64,000 nt of DNA from Amoebidium appalachense. Its lineage: Eukaryota; Protista; Ichthyosporea. The stretch lies in NCBI GenBank assembly GCA_963693365.1, contig CAVNZM010000004.1, forward strand, positions 2,378,389-2,442,388, written 5' to 3'. The notes beneath the pieces are model-generated. The model had not been told where the DNA came from. It saw only the letters and a program-made list of their open reading frames with translations, and did no database searches. This document shows, one piece after another, positions 51,440 through 63,972 of this stretch. The position numbers and the translations under genes were made by a program. Within the stretch, counting starts at the first letter, position 1. Each line of letters opens with the position of its first letter.

Positions 51440-52310
51440 TAACTGACATGCACAGAGCACATTTTCATTGCTTTGGAGTATGGGAATCCTTGAATAAATG
51501 AAGCTTGAAAGACGCATGATACTGCCTTTCTTTAGCCGGAAGCCGGAGCAAGTAATTATGTACCTTGCCACAGGGTGTGAAAACATGAACAAGGTGGTGA
51601 GTCTCTACATTGACGACCAGCCGTGTAAACGCTTTGAAACATCATCAGTCCAGGTACTTCCCCTCCCCCCTCCCCCCTCCCCCTCCCTCCCGGCCTCCCT
51701 CCCTCACCCCTCCCCCTCTCTCCCCTCCCCTCCTGCCCTGCCCCCCCCGCCTGCCCAGCCGCCTGCCCATCCCACGTAGCCGACTCTTTGATTTACTTAG
51801 CAAACAACAAAGAACAGGAAGAGAACCCAACAAAATTCCCACCATCTGGTCCCACCCCACCCCTCCTGTCGTTTTGTTTTATTTTTGTCGTGTTAGTGTC
51901 CTCATTTCTGGTTTGCTTTCATTTTCTAACACACAACTGAACCCCCCCCCCCCCCCCCCCCCCTCCCCCCCCCCTCTCCCCCCTCTCTCCCCCCTTCCCC
52001 CCTTCCCCCTCCCACCCTTCCATTCCATATCACAGTAATCTCGTCACTTAACCTCGCCCCTTTTCTCTGTGACACTCCTCCCCTTTGCCCAGCCCACACC
52101 GCTTCACATCTGATGTACCCACTGATATAGCTGTTTCAAGTCAACTGCTTTGAGCAACTGCTTTGCACAACATATGTTCCTCTTTAGTGGATTTTCATAT
52201 CAATGAAAGGTAGTTTGATTCTCACGTTCAACCCCACTCAGGGCATCGTTGTTTTGAACCTGCCAAGCTATGCTGGTGGCTCCGATTTGTGGAACCTGAG
52301 TATGCCCCCC

Positions 52311-52346
<36 letters not shown>

Positions 52347-54188
52347 GCACCTCACCCCCTTTCCTGGCCATCCCTCCTCATGCCCCCTCCCCCACTCGCT
52401 CATCCTTCTCTCCGAAACAAAACCCTCGGAAACGTGCAGAGCATGTGCGCACACATCACCCCCACCTCTGCTTCTAGGGAGCAGCCACATTGCTGCATGT
52501 TGCTAAATGCTCATCGTCTTTATCAGTAAGTTGAGTCATACAAGCGGAAATGCTGTTTTCTGAACTTGTGGCGCCAAACGCACTATGATATACCTTTTTA
52601 CCCACCAGGTGTTTTAACTTTACATGTTTTCCCCGACTTGTGATTTTCAGGTGTTGTGTAAATGGTTGCGTGTTCCTGAGACCTCCATGTTGCTTGCCCG
52701 TGTAGTTTTCCGGTATGTTTGTGTGTGTTGGGTTAAGGGACTAACACTTACACGTTTTTTGTTCACAGAGGGAACCAAATCGTTGGAGCCAAGAGCAAGT
52801 GCCGACCCAGCAACATCACCAACCCCGTCGGAGACACAACAACCTGGTATGTTCAGTGGTGGATGGGTTAAAGATGACTGTTTGCCTGTCTCTGATAATT
52901 CTGTTTGCATGTGTGGTGTGTGAGCGGTTGGGCGGACCTAATGGGCCGGCGGGTTGGCACGGGCACGTGGTGGCAATATCTTTTAAAAGGTTCTTATTGG
53001 TTAAGGCCAAGGCAAAAAGTTTTGTATGGCGTCCAGGGTTATATTAAGCTAATATGAACTTTTATTAGTTGGTATTGCTGGTACTAGTAGTTTTGCTTCG
53101 ATTGGGTGGTTTTAGCCGGCCACCGTTTATTAGGAAAAGCAAAACCCATTTTAGATAGGTCTCCTATCAGCTTTGGCTAGCCAAAGTCTTTAGAGCCCAA
53201 ATATCCACACATAAATCCCTTACTAGCAATCAATACTATCACTTTGGCCAAGGCGGCATTGGCTAATTTTTCCTCAAAGTAGGGCTTTTGTGCGGGTGGT
53301 AATGGCTGGGGAAGTTGGAGAAAGGTGTGCTTCCCCAGGCAGTAGAAACTAAACCACATATACACAGAGTGGCTGGAGCGGCCCCCAGATTATCAGCCCG
53401 GTCGCCGGCAGTCTATCAGCATACCCGAGGGAGAGGTAGGTCTATTGTTTGTCGGACCAACTTCGGTGTGAGGGGAGGACGAGAAATGTTGCATTTTCAA
53501 TTGAAATGTCTGTTATGTCTTGTGTGTGTTCTGAAGGCTAGTGGAGTGGGGCATTGCTCCCCCTCTGGCCCCTCTTTTCTGCCTCTCCCCCTGCTCCATG
53601 TGTCTTTGAATCAGGGCTTCCCCTTCTTAGTGTGTATATATGTGTTTTTTTACCGTTGAATAAGCACTGCCATGTCATTGATTTGCAAAACACAAATCAA
53701 AAATGCGCATGCAATTTATTTGGTACCCATTATTCACATATGTGTGATTCTGCTTGTTATTTTTATTCAAGTGCTTGTTCTGTGGGGAACCTGCCATGTG
53801 GTTGTGCATGGTCGAAACATGCACCGTGTGGGCCAGTTTAGGTGTGGTGTGGATCAAGCAGTCTCAGACCGACATGTTCCATATCTTCACAGCTGCACAC
53901 GTGGCAAAAACAAGAGATTGACGACGGTGTGGTGGAGGTAACCCCCCCCCCCCCCCCCCCCCCCCCCCTTTTTTTTTTCTTTTTTCTTTTTTGGAAACAC
54001 ATTCATTATCCGTGCGTGCTTTTAGCATAGCCTGGGTTGTGGTGTCTGTTGTGAATGTGTACTTCATACACTTGACCCATTCCAGATCATTCCGCCCCCT
54101 AGTCTTGTTCTCCTCGGAGCATTCCACCCGGATTTGGGGCTGATACTGTAATTCCCAACATGTATCCTGCTATGACCCTCTCTTGGGA

Positions 54189-54226
<38 letters not shown>

Positions 54227-54524
54227 GTCTATTCGGGTCTTTCGGACTGTGCGGGGGACGTCTATTCGGGTCTTTCGGACTGTGCTTTGATGGCTCATAG
54301 GATATGTGGTACTTGGGAAGAGCAGATTTCTCATCGGGCGAGATGGCCGAGTGGTCCAAGGCGCTGGTTTTAGGCACCAGTCTGTTCGCAGGCGTGGGTT
54401 CAAACCCCACTCTCGTCATTTGTTTTTATTTTTTATTTTTTTTGGCTTTTGTTTTTGTGTCTTGATTGCTATCTTTTGCCTTGTGCTCTGTGTCATTTGC
54501 GTTAATGTAATGGCTGTTTTTTTT

Positions 54525-54556
<32 letters not shown>

Positions 54557-55571
54557 GTCTGGTTTTTTTTTTTTTTTTTTTGCTTCTTTGCATTTGTGTC
54601 GAGGTACGCAAAGATAGTGATCCCAGCTACGTTTTTGCTGTCTTGTTTGTTTGCAACCTTCCCTCTTCTCGCAAGTGGCTCACGATTTTCCACCCCTTCC
54701 TCTGTATTTTTCCTTGTTATGTTCTTTTTGTCGTCTTTCGTTAAAAGGGACCAGGGATACGTGTTTGTGTGTGGTGTTGGGGGGGGAATTTGTTTTTTGT
54801 TGTCCTTCAAGGGCACACACAGAGCAGTTGCAGCCTGCAATAGTGTTTTTCTTTGTTTTTCTTTTTTATAACAATATTTGACGCCGATGTGGCTGCAGGT
54901 TGTGGGGCTCAAATCATCGCTTCATGTGGGGCAAATCAAAGTCAGTCTTTCGTCCGCAGTGCGCTTGGGCCAGGGCAAGGTGGTGCGGTTGGAGATCCAA
55001 ACCGATCGTCAGCTACCAGCGCAGGTAGTTAATGCTTGTCGATCATGTGTTTTGTGTAATGGAGTAATTTATGTGGGCCATTTTTCTTACTATTTTTTTC
55101 AGTTACTGCCTGTGTATTTTGACAAAGAGTACACGAATCACAGCCCGACTTCACGATTTTTGCAACTGCTGAGGTTAATTGTTGAAACCGAAGGGGGGAA
55201 GGGTGGAGAAGGGTTGGGGAGGTGTTTGGCTATTTACATTCTTCCTCCCTTCTCCTCCCGCCCCCTCTTTTCTCGTTCCTCCACCGCCTCTCCCTTCCCC
55301 TCCCCCCCCCCCCCCCCCCCCCCCTCCCCGCAGCCCTCCACGGTAGGCACATTTTCCAACCACTTTGACGGTCTCAGTTCATCAACCTTTTCATCCCTGC
55401 TTTGAATTTACGCCTTCCTCCCTCGTTTCACTCCTCGCCTCATGTCCTAAATCGTGTTTGCCCCCGCAGGTGGATGGTGAGCCCTGGTCGCAGGAGGCAG
55501 CGGTGATTGAGATCCGCCACCACAACACCGTGCCCATGCTTGCTGTGCAGTCCAAGTCAGCAAAGTCATGA
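42119..55571 (+). CDS. Diacylglycerol kinase with three C1 domains (DGK-theta-like), 16 coding exons, ~755 aa
   Basis: Exons 42119-42732, 44236-44404, 45477-45593, 45968-46144, 46779-46976, 47862-47963, 48994-49104, 50081-50220, 50943-51025, 51574-51653, 52242-52299, 52769-52846, 53368-53435, 53893-53937, 54899-55024, 55470-55571 total 2268 nt in frame. C1 motifs ([17 protein letters not shown]..; [17 protein letters not shown]..; QWVSGN..CLDC..CVWC..HDKC) and catalytic motifs [66 protein letters not shown]. Start codon and exons 12-13 are less certain. Confidence 0.92.
47070..47621 (+). mobile_element. Poly(C)-associated retroposon-like family, longest copy (DGK intron 5)
   Basis: 47415-47621 is almost identical to 48205-48412. 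Unique complex sequence continues 5' to a C-rich tract near 47070 (5' boundary approximate). Ends GCATTCAA + poly(C). Confidence 0.75.
48205..48412 (+). mobile_element. Poly(C)-associated retroposon-like family, 5'-truncated young copy (DGK intron 6)
   Basis: 208 bp between two pure poly(C) runs; differs from 47415-47621 at about 2-3 positions. Confidence 0.82.
54225..54285. repeat. Two-copy 33-bp tandem duplication upstream of the tRNA
   Basis: acgtctattcgggtctttcggactgtgc occurs twice, each copy preceded by a G run. Confidence 0.8.
54337..54418 (+). tRNA. tRNA-Leu (anticodon TAG), 82 nt, inside DGK intron 14
   Basis: Acceptor stem GGCGAGA/TCTCGTC+A, D arm TGGCCGAGTGGTCCAAGGC, anticodon arm CTGGT-TTTAGGC-ACCAG, long variable arm, T arm GTGGG-TTCAAAC-CCCAC, followed by T runs (Pol III terminator). 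Confidence 0.95.
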
Positions 55572-55989
55572 AAATCATGACTGTCGTGGAAATGCACACA
55601 CACGCACGGTCGCGACATATGAAGCTCCGGTTTTCTGTCCACCGCGAATGTCCCACTGCTCCACAGGATCTCTCCGAATTCTAATCCCCCCCCCCCCCCC
55701 CCCCCGACACACACATATACACACACTTCCCTCCCGGAGCTGTCACGAACACAAGACACTTGTCGTTATTTCTGTCCCTTTTCCAGCCACTACCCCCCCC
55801 CCCCCTCCCCCCCAAGAATTTAGAAAAATTTAGATGAGAAGTCTGTGGTTAACATTGCCGGATTTTTTTGTTGCAGTTGATAGCTTTTAAAGGCCGATAT
55901 CTAGCAATGAGTTTCTCCAGCAATAACGTAGGATCAATATGTGGATATTCTTTTAATCTTGATGAGCAACTGAGTTATGGACACTTTTT

Positions 55990-56032
<43 letters not shown>

Positions 56033-56818
56033 TCCGGAGGTGGAATGAATGTTGAACCTTCCCATGAGAGGTGGATAAGCGGCTACATCATAATCCATTT
56101 TACCACGTGCTAGCACTTTTCCCTTATATTTAACACATGCATAGTAAGGTATGATTTAACGTTGGTATTCACAATGAGTGACCGAATGGCAGGTGAAGGA
56201 TAGCGAACCCGGTATCATAATGGTTGTGTAAATATGCGGTACGGTACTTAATGAGAGGGCAGATGACCATTGAGTTCTAATGAATTGCGCAGATATCAAT
56301 TGTTATGATGTTTCACAAGTGTATATGTGAAGCTACATGACATTGTGGTGGTGTAGGCACAAGGCACTGCCAGCGAATATGAATATTGTAGGTGATTTAT
56401 GGTGAGGCTCTTGGATGTATCGATAGGTTATGTATCGTTCACTGCAGTCTGGAACTTCGCAGAAAAAATAAACAATAATAGAAGTCACCTACAGCGCATG
56501 CGTGATTCCCCCTGTATGATGGTTCTAGATCTCCCATGCAATTGTTACAGTTTCAGCTCCTGATTTGCAGGGCTTGCAATTATCTCGCGCTTCATGCACA
56601 CCACATTTAAATTCAGGATGTGCACAAGTTGGATCGGCGCAAAAAGCTGGCAACCGTTCATGAACAGGGAAGGGGGTGTTGGAAATTTGTAGTGACATGC
56701 GTGTGTGCATGATCATGACTGTGTCTGTGCGGTGTGACTATGTGTCTGTGTATGTGACAGTCGTGGGTGTGGTTGTGCTTGGGGGGTTCACCATGATCAA
56801 TCGTATTCAATATAAAAT

Positions 56819-56849
<31 letters not shown>

Positions 56850-57726
56850 ACACACACACACAAAAGAAAAAGTTAGAGGAAAAAACGGGGGGGGGGGGGG
56901 GGGGGGGAGGGGGGGGGGGTAGGGGAGGGAAATGGGATTGCTGGCAGCAGTGACTGTTACTTTAAATTTAGTTCTAAAGGACGCTTTCAAATGAGCTGAC
57001 TGTAGTGGTCATGTGCAATTGCGATGGGGCGGTTGCGCAAAAACAACTAATATAGTCATCACGGGTTGAAGTTGCACGGCAAGACGTTAGATTTTAAAGA
57101 GTGAAATATATGGAGTTGCAATTGAGCTCGACGTGCGTTTACATATCAGTTACAAAGTAATTTGGCCCAATGGCCGTGGTGAAGACAACGACTGAAAGCG
57201 AATCTGCCCCAGCATGCATGCCATGTTGTACGTATCATGCGATACATCACGGCATGCATGTGAGGTGTGATCATGTGCCAGCACCGAGGCCTACAGTAAT
57301 TCCATCCAATAACAAGGTACATATGCAGATAACGACGTTACAAAAAGGTTCTGTATACATCATATGTGGAGATCCTATTTTTTTTTTTTTTTTTTTTTTT
57401 TCCGTGGCAAGGAACCGGTGCGGGCCGGCACAGCGGCCACTGGCGCCCAAATAAGGCTTATCACCCACCAGGAACTGTCAATGACGTCACAATATTAATC
57501 TCGGCACTGTCGTTTCATGACAATAAATTGTGTAGGGGTTTACGCTGTTTACTCGAGGCAAAGAGAACCAGTCTCAGGTATGGGGGGGGTTTTGCTCGGA
57601 ATATCCCCTCAGCGGTATATCATGATCACGTACATAGATGTCGGGTGGTGACTATATATCAGGGTTTACTTTCTCTACGAGACACCATAAAGACTACAAG
57701 GAGAAATCAATTAGTTGGGGTTCCCC

Positions 57727-57727
<1 letters not shown>

Positions 57728-57769
<42 letters not shown>

Positions 57770-57801
57770 GGGCTTCCCTCGGGACACTCGGTATCAGCTG
57801 G

Positions 57802-57864
<63 letters not shown>

Positions 57865-60045
57865 TGTGTGTGTGTGCGCTATAATTTTGTAGTGATGTGT
57901 TTCTCAAGCCAATCAATACATCTAATAAACAGGTCGTAGTTACGCGTGTTTAGTATAAAATCAAGGATGTTGTAATTTACAGGTAGGCTATCTTTCTGGG
58001 TGTCTGTTGTGAATGTGACGTGTGTGTGTTGCGGTATTATGTGGTCTATCAAACTACATTTGGCGATACATGACCGGTTAAACTGGTGTGTGTGTGTGTT
58101 GTTTGGGCATGCAAATGATGCCACCTTATACTTATTAGATCTCCACTGTATAGCACGTGTACAGTAAAAGCGTGGTAATTGATCAATAATACCATCAGCT
58201 AGAGAAAGACCAGTTCTACAGGAAGGTAATATGTATTTAGGTGTTATACACTTGCGAGTGCCATATTTGGCAATATGGTTGAGGCGGTCAGTATATATAA
58301 AACGAGACATAAGGCTTAGTTTTTCAAGGTGTATGCTTTCATCGGGTCTAGTGTCGTGTGGTATCTTTTTCCATTTGTTATATTGCGTGATTATCTTGTG
58401 ATTGTGTACATGTTTAATAAGTAAGTGGCAGTCCAAAGTCACACACACACTATTGCGGGGTTTATTTGTATTTGTGCCCAGGGGAGAAGGGGAGAGAGAG
58501 GGGAGGAAAGAGGGGGGAGGTGAGGAGGGGACAGGTCGGATAGAGAAGAGAGGGTGGGAGGGCAAATACTTCTTTAAGCGGCTTATGTGCTTATTGAATT
58601 TCAGCGCGAGATAGGATACTCTAGCAGCTATTGGGACCAGACCATATATCGAGAGCGTTACAGGCCCAGGTTTACAACAGTTGTTAGATAGAAAGGAGGC
58701 AACTTCTGCTTCAAGGAAATTTGCCAAGGGTTTAAGCGCTCTAGTTCTCTCTTTCTTGATCCAAGCGGCGAGAAGGGGTAAACCATATTCACATGCCGGG
58801 AAGACAAAAGTGCGAATAAATGTAAGTCTAATAGAAGGATGGAGGGGTGTGTCTTTAAAAATATTAGCCGAGAAGAAAGCTAACCGCTTACGAGCCAACT
58901 CTACCCTCTTTTCGACCATATGGGGAAACATAACACCAACAGAATCAACCGGAACACCAAGATATTTGTATTCTGGAACTATAGGTACAGGTTTAGATGA
59001 TAATGTAAATGTGTGTAAATTGTTAGCTATATCAGGTACAAGAACACCACATTTGTCTATGTTAAGGATCATAAGGTTTGCCTTGCACCACTCTGACACT
59101 ACATCGAACAATCTTTGCAGGCGTCTAGGGGTACGGGCAAGGAGGGACAGATCATCAGCATAGAGAAGTGCAGGCGGAAAGTTATTAATAGGGTCATCGT
59201 TTTCGGCGTAAATCTTGACAGCCAAATCATCTATAAATAGGTTAAACAAAAAGGGGCTAAGCAATGAACCCTGCAAGAGACCTCTAGTACGAGCAAAACC
59301 ATATGAAAGATGCCCATTAACCACAGCTCTACCATAGGTTTGAGACAAGAGTGCTTCTAACAGAACACCAATGCAGTGTGGTACACCCCGTGCAGCAAGC
59401 TTTTCCCATAGGAGACCAGGGGAGACAGAATCGTAAGCAGTTTTCCAATCAATAAAGCCAACATATTGTGCACCAACTTGCATAGAATCGTGCAGTGCCA
59501 TTATTTGAACATAACATGAATTGTTTTTACGAAAAGCGGATTGGCATGGGTGTATGTGAAGAATAGATTGAAACCTAGGGTGGTGTGCAAATAACCTAAG
59601 TAAGCAAGCTTCAAAGAATCTACGAACAACCTGGGTTAGTGTAATGGGGCGAAAGGATGATATGGGGCCCTCAGAGTCCTTCTTAACTATGGGGATCACT
59701 AAGGTATCTAACCAAGATGACGGGACATGTCCACATTTAACACACCAAGAAAAGAGAGAGCTTAACATGATAGTAAGATCAGGTTTAATAGCACGATCAC
59801 TTTCCTTTTGTGGGTAGGAGGGAACAAGGATTTTAAGAAACCCAGCAGGGAGTCCATCAGGTCCACAAGACTTACTAGAGCTATAACTAGATATCACAGA
59901 CCATATGGCATCGGGGCTGAAAAAGGGGAGGATCGATTCTATGGGGATAGATGGTGTAGTAGGTAGCATAGGGCCGAATATACGCAACGCCAGGACTGGG
60001 TCTGGCTGCATCCTGATCTCCTTCCTTTTCGGTCGATCCGATCAA
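57728..60045 (-). mobile_element. Non-LTR retrotransposon (LINE-type), RT-only as seen; 3' end is (CA)n + short UTR + poly(A)
   Basis: On the minus strand the RT ORF is followed by (CA)n (57876-57803), ~37 nt of unique sequence and A38 (57765-57728). The 5' boundary is uncertain and no TSD was found. Confidence 0.8.
57879..60011 (-). CDS. Reverse transcriptase (non-LTR type), 710 aa, uninterrupted
   Basis: KSCGPDG (region 0), VIPIVKK..FRPITL, QSAFRK, FIDWKTAYDSV, GLLQGSLLSPFLFNLFIDDL, LLYADDL, LNIDKC, YKYLGV, thumb region, and a C-terminal Cys/His motif CP..H.H.FNRSC..C. Confidence 0.92.
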   Translation of the reverse strand: MQPDPVLALRIFGPMLPTTPSIPIESILPFFSPDAIWSVISSYSSSKSCGPDGLPAGFLKILVPSYPQKESDRAIKPDLTIMLSSLFSWCVKCGHVPSSWLDTLVIPIVKKDSEGPISSFRPITLTQVVRRFFEACLLRLFAHHPRFQSILHIHPCQSAFRKNNSCYVQIMALHDSMQVGAQYVGFIDWKTAYDSVSPGLLWEKLAARGVPHCIGVLLEALLSQTYGRAVVNGHLSYGFARTRGLLQGSLLSPFLFNLFIDDLAVKIYAENDDPINNFPPALLYADDLSLLARTPRRLQRLFDVVSEWCKANLMILNIDKCGVLVPDIANNLHTFTLSSKPVPIVPEYKYLGVPVDSVGVMFPHMVEKRVELARKRLAFFSANIFKDTPLHPSIRLTFIRTFVFPACEYGLPLLAAWIKKERTRALKPLANFLEAEVASFLSNNCCKPGPVTLSIYGLVPIAARVSYLALKFNKHISRLKKYLPSHPLFSIRPVPSSPPPSFLPSLSPSPLGTNTNKPRNSVCVTLDCHLLIKHVHNHKIITQYNKWKKIPHDTRPDESIHLEKLSLMSRFIYTDRLNHIAKYGTRKCITPKYILPSCRTGLSLADGIIDQLPRFYCTRAIQWRSNKYKVASFACPNNTHTHQFNRSCIAKCSLIDHIIPQHTHVTFTTDTQKDSLPVNYNILDFILNTRNYDLFIRCIDWLEKHITTKL

Positions 60046-60916
60046 GCCGTTATTGAGAAACCACACAGTTAGCTGTGCAAAGGGGGGAAGGGGAAAACAC
60101 GTAGCCCAGCCAACCAGGCGCCAACCCAACTTTTTTAGGGGCAGTCAGGCTGCGGAGTGGTGGTGGTGGTTGTGGGGAGGGGGTGGGGAGCTGGTTGTGA
60201 ACACAAGTGGGTTTGCGTTGCTTCCCACTATCCACTCCCCCCTCCTCCCCCCCTCTCTCCGTGTGGCGGGTTTCCTCCATGCAAGACTTCTTAGTTTAGG
60301 GTATATCAAATCCGCCACCCATTTTGCACGTGGTTGCTTAGAAGCATACTTGGGCTTTAGATATCGGCAGAGTGCCTTTCCCACGCGGGTCGAAGGTGTA
60401 GTTGCGCAGTTGGACTCAGGGCAGCCATACACACTAATGCTATTAATGTTTTTGTAACAATTTTTTAAGCTGAAAACGTGGCCTAACACAGTTGGGAGCC
60501 AAGGTTGTTGGCATCTGTTCATCGTCGGCTTGAAACAACACAAGTTTTGGCTCAAAAAACATCAGAAAACGTGAACAACTGTCAGCTAAGAACGACGCGA
60601 TTGGCCAATTTGCCCGCCAAGACCAGCCTGTTACTATTCGGGACAGGCGTCTCATTTTTGATGCTATTTTCGGCGGAACAGGCTTGAATCAGTGATCATT
60701 TCGGGTCAGGCTGGAGTAGGCCTGGCCCGGAATTCAGCTAGAGATCGTGACGTACCAGCTTCCAGGCCCGGATAGATAAGGAGGAGGCCTTGGCCATGCG
60801 CACTCTCTCCGACTATCCGAAAGGAGGCCTTGACTCTCTCTGCATAACACAAGCACAACCAAATTTGCCAAAATTTTGCGAAGTTTGAGAAACTAGATTC
60901 ACCCAAAGCTTCAAAC

Positions 60917-61334
60917 ATGGCCGGCATGGGCATGAGCGACGACACGAAGGAGTTCCTCACCAAGGTGGTGGGGGTGTCCAAGCAGGCCTTCCACTGGGGC
61001 TTTGTGCCACTCGTTATCTGGCTTGGTAAGTGTCCCATCCCCTTGCTCCATTTCCCTCCTCTCGCCTTCACTCGTGTCTACACCTAAGAACCAGAACGAT
61101 ACTTTATCTGTTGTTATTTCAGCACTTCACCTTTGTTTACCTACTTTTAATGTGCGTGTTTTTGGTGCTCGCGGAGTGTACCCCCTGTGTTGGTGCTTTG
61201 GCACTGACACCCTTGAGCAGACAACACGAGACACACCACCTTACATATGTACGGGCGCAAACGCTTAGGTAACACACATACCGCATCATCTACGCACTAC
61301 CACGGAAGCACGTTTGTACGAGCACGCACAGACA

Positions 61335-61408
<74 letters not shown>

Positions 61409-61609
61409 TGCATGCACACCGACACGTGACAGCGCACACTTGCACGTAAACACGGACACTCTAACACGCGTGCATGCTACGTAGACACGCACGAAAATAT
61501 GGGGAGGTAAAAGAGGAAGTTTTGTGACTCCATACATCGCTTGTCACTTTCTACCTCTCGGCGCAAGTCTCACGCTTTCTCCCCCCTCCCCACCCCCCCC
61601 TCCCCCAAA

Positions 61610-61653
<44 letters not shown>

Positions 61654-63153
61654 ACCTGCTCTGTGTATCTTTGTCCTGTATACTGTGTAGCTCTGCTTTA
61701 CCCCACCACCTTGCAGCATACTTTGTGACGTGTTTGCGGTTGGAGTGCCAATGATGATTCGAAACACGTGTGTGCGTTTGGAGGAGGAGGGGGGGGGGGG
61801 GGGGGGGGTTTAAGGTCAGAGATTCTTTGGAGCAGCTGCGCATAGATACACGTGCAGGAATGTGTGCAAGTGCCTAGGCATCACTGATGTGTTTGCATCT
61901 TCATCCCCCCCCGGCCCCCCCCCCCCCCCCCCCCCCCCCCCCGCGGGGGCTACCGCCTCCGCCCTGTATATATCCTGTAGCTTGGTCTTAGTGACAAAAT
62001 GCAAAAACACAACCATACAACCACCACCCGTAGAAAGAAAAGCACGGCACCCCAAAAACCCAAGACACACACAAATACACCCCCCACACACACCCGGCCA
62101 GCCTGCCCTGACTGCCGGAACACACACAGACCCAGTGTGCCCTGCAAAACCCACCTTTTAGTTCACAAAAACATTGCCACAACATACGTACAACAACACA
62201 TAATGTTAGGTAGCAACCCCCCACCACCACCACCACCACACCCCATCATCCACCCATACCCACCGTAAATACTATACACAACACTTAGGACTTCCCAATA
62301 CTGTAGATCGACCAATGAGAGCCCTCGGTTAACGTTTATTGCTAGTTTTTGAATGGAGGGGAGGACTGGAGCCTCCTGCCGGCGTGGCTGGGGTAGTAGC
62401 CTGGGCAAAGTGTGTGCCTATAGTTAGGTTGTGAAGGATGGTTTAGCTCTGCTGAACTCATAGGTAGCACCTTAACTAGTGTACTGTCGGTGCTGTGTGG
62501 TAGATGGTAGTTTCCCTAGAGGGCCTGTAAAGGCTCTCCGGGAACAAAACGTGATAAAATAAAAATAAAATGGTCTTAGTGACATGTTGTGCAACAAACC
62601 TAGCTTCTTTGCACCTCCGTGGCCCGGCTTCCCCCCCCCCCCCCCCCCCCCCCTTTCCCCCCGTCTCTTCTATACATAAACCTACAGACACACAAGCACA
62701 CTGGGACCATCGCTATTGGTTTTTGCTTCACGCTCTCCCTTGTCTGCACACTCGAATACAAAACAAGACCCGTCTCCTGGGGACAAGACACACAAACACA
62801 TTGTCTTAAACTCTCTTCCTTGACTTTTTTTCTTTTCTTAACCTGGCCCATGCCTCTGCTGTGACCTATATCACTATGTGTGTGCATGATGTCTTCTTTC
62901 GGTCATGTTTTATATATTTTACTGAACTAGTGTCCAAGCATACTCACAATCGTGTCCGGGTCTATGTTGCTGGTGATGCCATGCATGCCAGACTGTGTGC
63001 TGTGTGGTTTTCTTGGAGACTTGGCAAAGTAGAAGGTTTAACATTATTTGCTCATAGTTTCCTTCGAATTTGTGTTGTGTCTGTTGTTCTTAGTGGTGGT
63101 AGTAGTAACCTGTGTGTGTGTGTGTGTGCGCGCGCATATGTGTGAGTGTGCGC

Positions 63154-63198
<45 letters not shown>

Positions 63199-63526
63199 TT
63201 TGTGTGTGGGTGGTTTCCTCTACAAATAGTTTTTGATTGCCGTCCTGCTGTAATTGTCTTGTGCACAAACACATGCATATCTGGGGAAGAAGTAGGAGTG
63301 TGTAATAAGCGCCTACATAAATCTGCTGTTTTGTTGGTGTCTGCTGTTAATGGTGCTGCTAGTATCGTATTTTTTGGGGGGGGGGGGAGGGGGGGGGGTC
63401 GTTCAGCTCTGTACAAAGAATATTATTTGTCGCCCCATTCTCAAACACCGTTTATTGCCTACAGGCCTGCAGACTGTCCCGACAGACACACCAATCTCTG
63501 TGTGGCAAATCGTCTCCCCGTTCTAA
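60917..63526 (+). CDS. TOM7: Mitochondrial import receptor subunit TOM7, 2 exons, ~56 aa
   Basis: Exon 1 60917-61025 ([36 protein letters not shown], donor GTAAGT) joins exon 2 63465-63526 ([20 protein letters not shown]). [12 protein letters not shown] and the terminal SP match Tom7. Absent from the ORF track. Confidence 0.85.
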
Positions 63527-63941
63527 ACACCGCCACATATTCCAGACGGATAAATGGGTGGGCGAGAAACAGGGAAGGGTGACACCCCCTACGTGTGCGC
63601 GCCGGAGACAACTGATACGGCGAATCTCTGTGTGATAATAGAATGATAAGCTCACTCGGTGAAGCTACAAAGGGTACCCTGCAAATTTTAATGTTTTTTG
63701 GCGTCTGTATTTGAAAAATGAAGGTTGGTGTGTGACATGCAAGAGCTTTTGTATACGCGAAAGACACATGCAATAATGTATTGTATTACCCACCACATGT
63801 AAATTTATATGGTCTGATTGTTCCGCTCTCTTGGTTTTTCGGGGGTTGTGTGTGCCAGGGGCCACATACATGGCTGCAGAAATATGGTGCTTTTGTGACT
63901 CCCAACATGATCGAGCTGTGTGTCCAAATACCCCCCCCCCC

Positions 63942-63972
<31 letters not shown>

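Noticed and set aside
58450-58569. Possible in-frame 120-nt intron (GTATTT..C-rich..TAG) within the RT ORF
   Set aside because: It is stop-free and encodes LPSHPL, resembling a motif common after the LINE thumb domain. More simply read as coding; RNA-seq would be needed.
60700-60835. HDV-like ribozyme at a putative retroelement 5' end (repeated aggaggccttg and ggcccgga)
   Set aside because: The nested double pseudoknot could not be built; more likely TOM7 promoter motifs.
62288-62331. Alternative TOM7 exon 2 ([14 protein letters not shown])
   Set aside because: 63465-63526 has a better acceptor and gives the Tom7-like C-terminus (..WQIVSPF).
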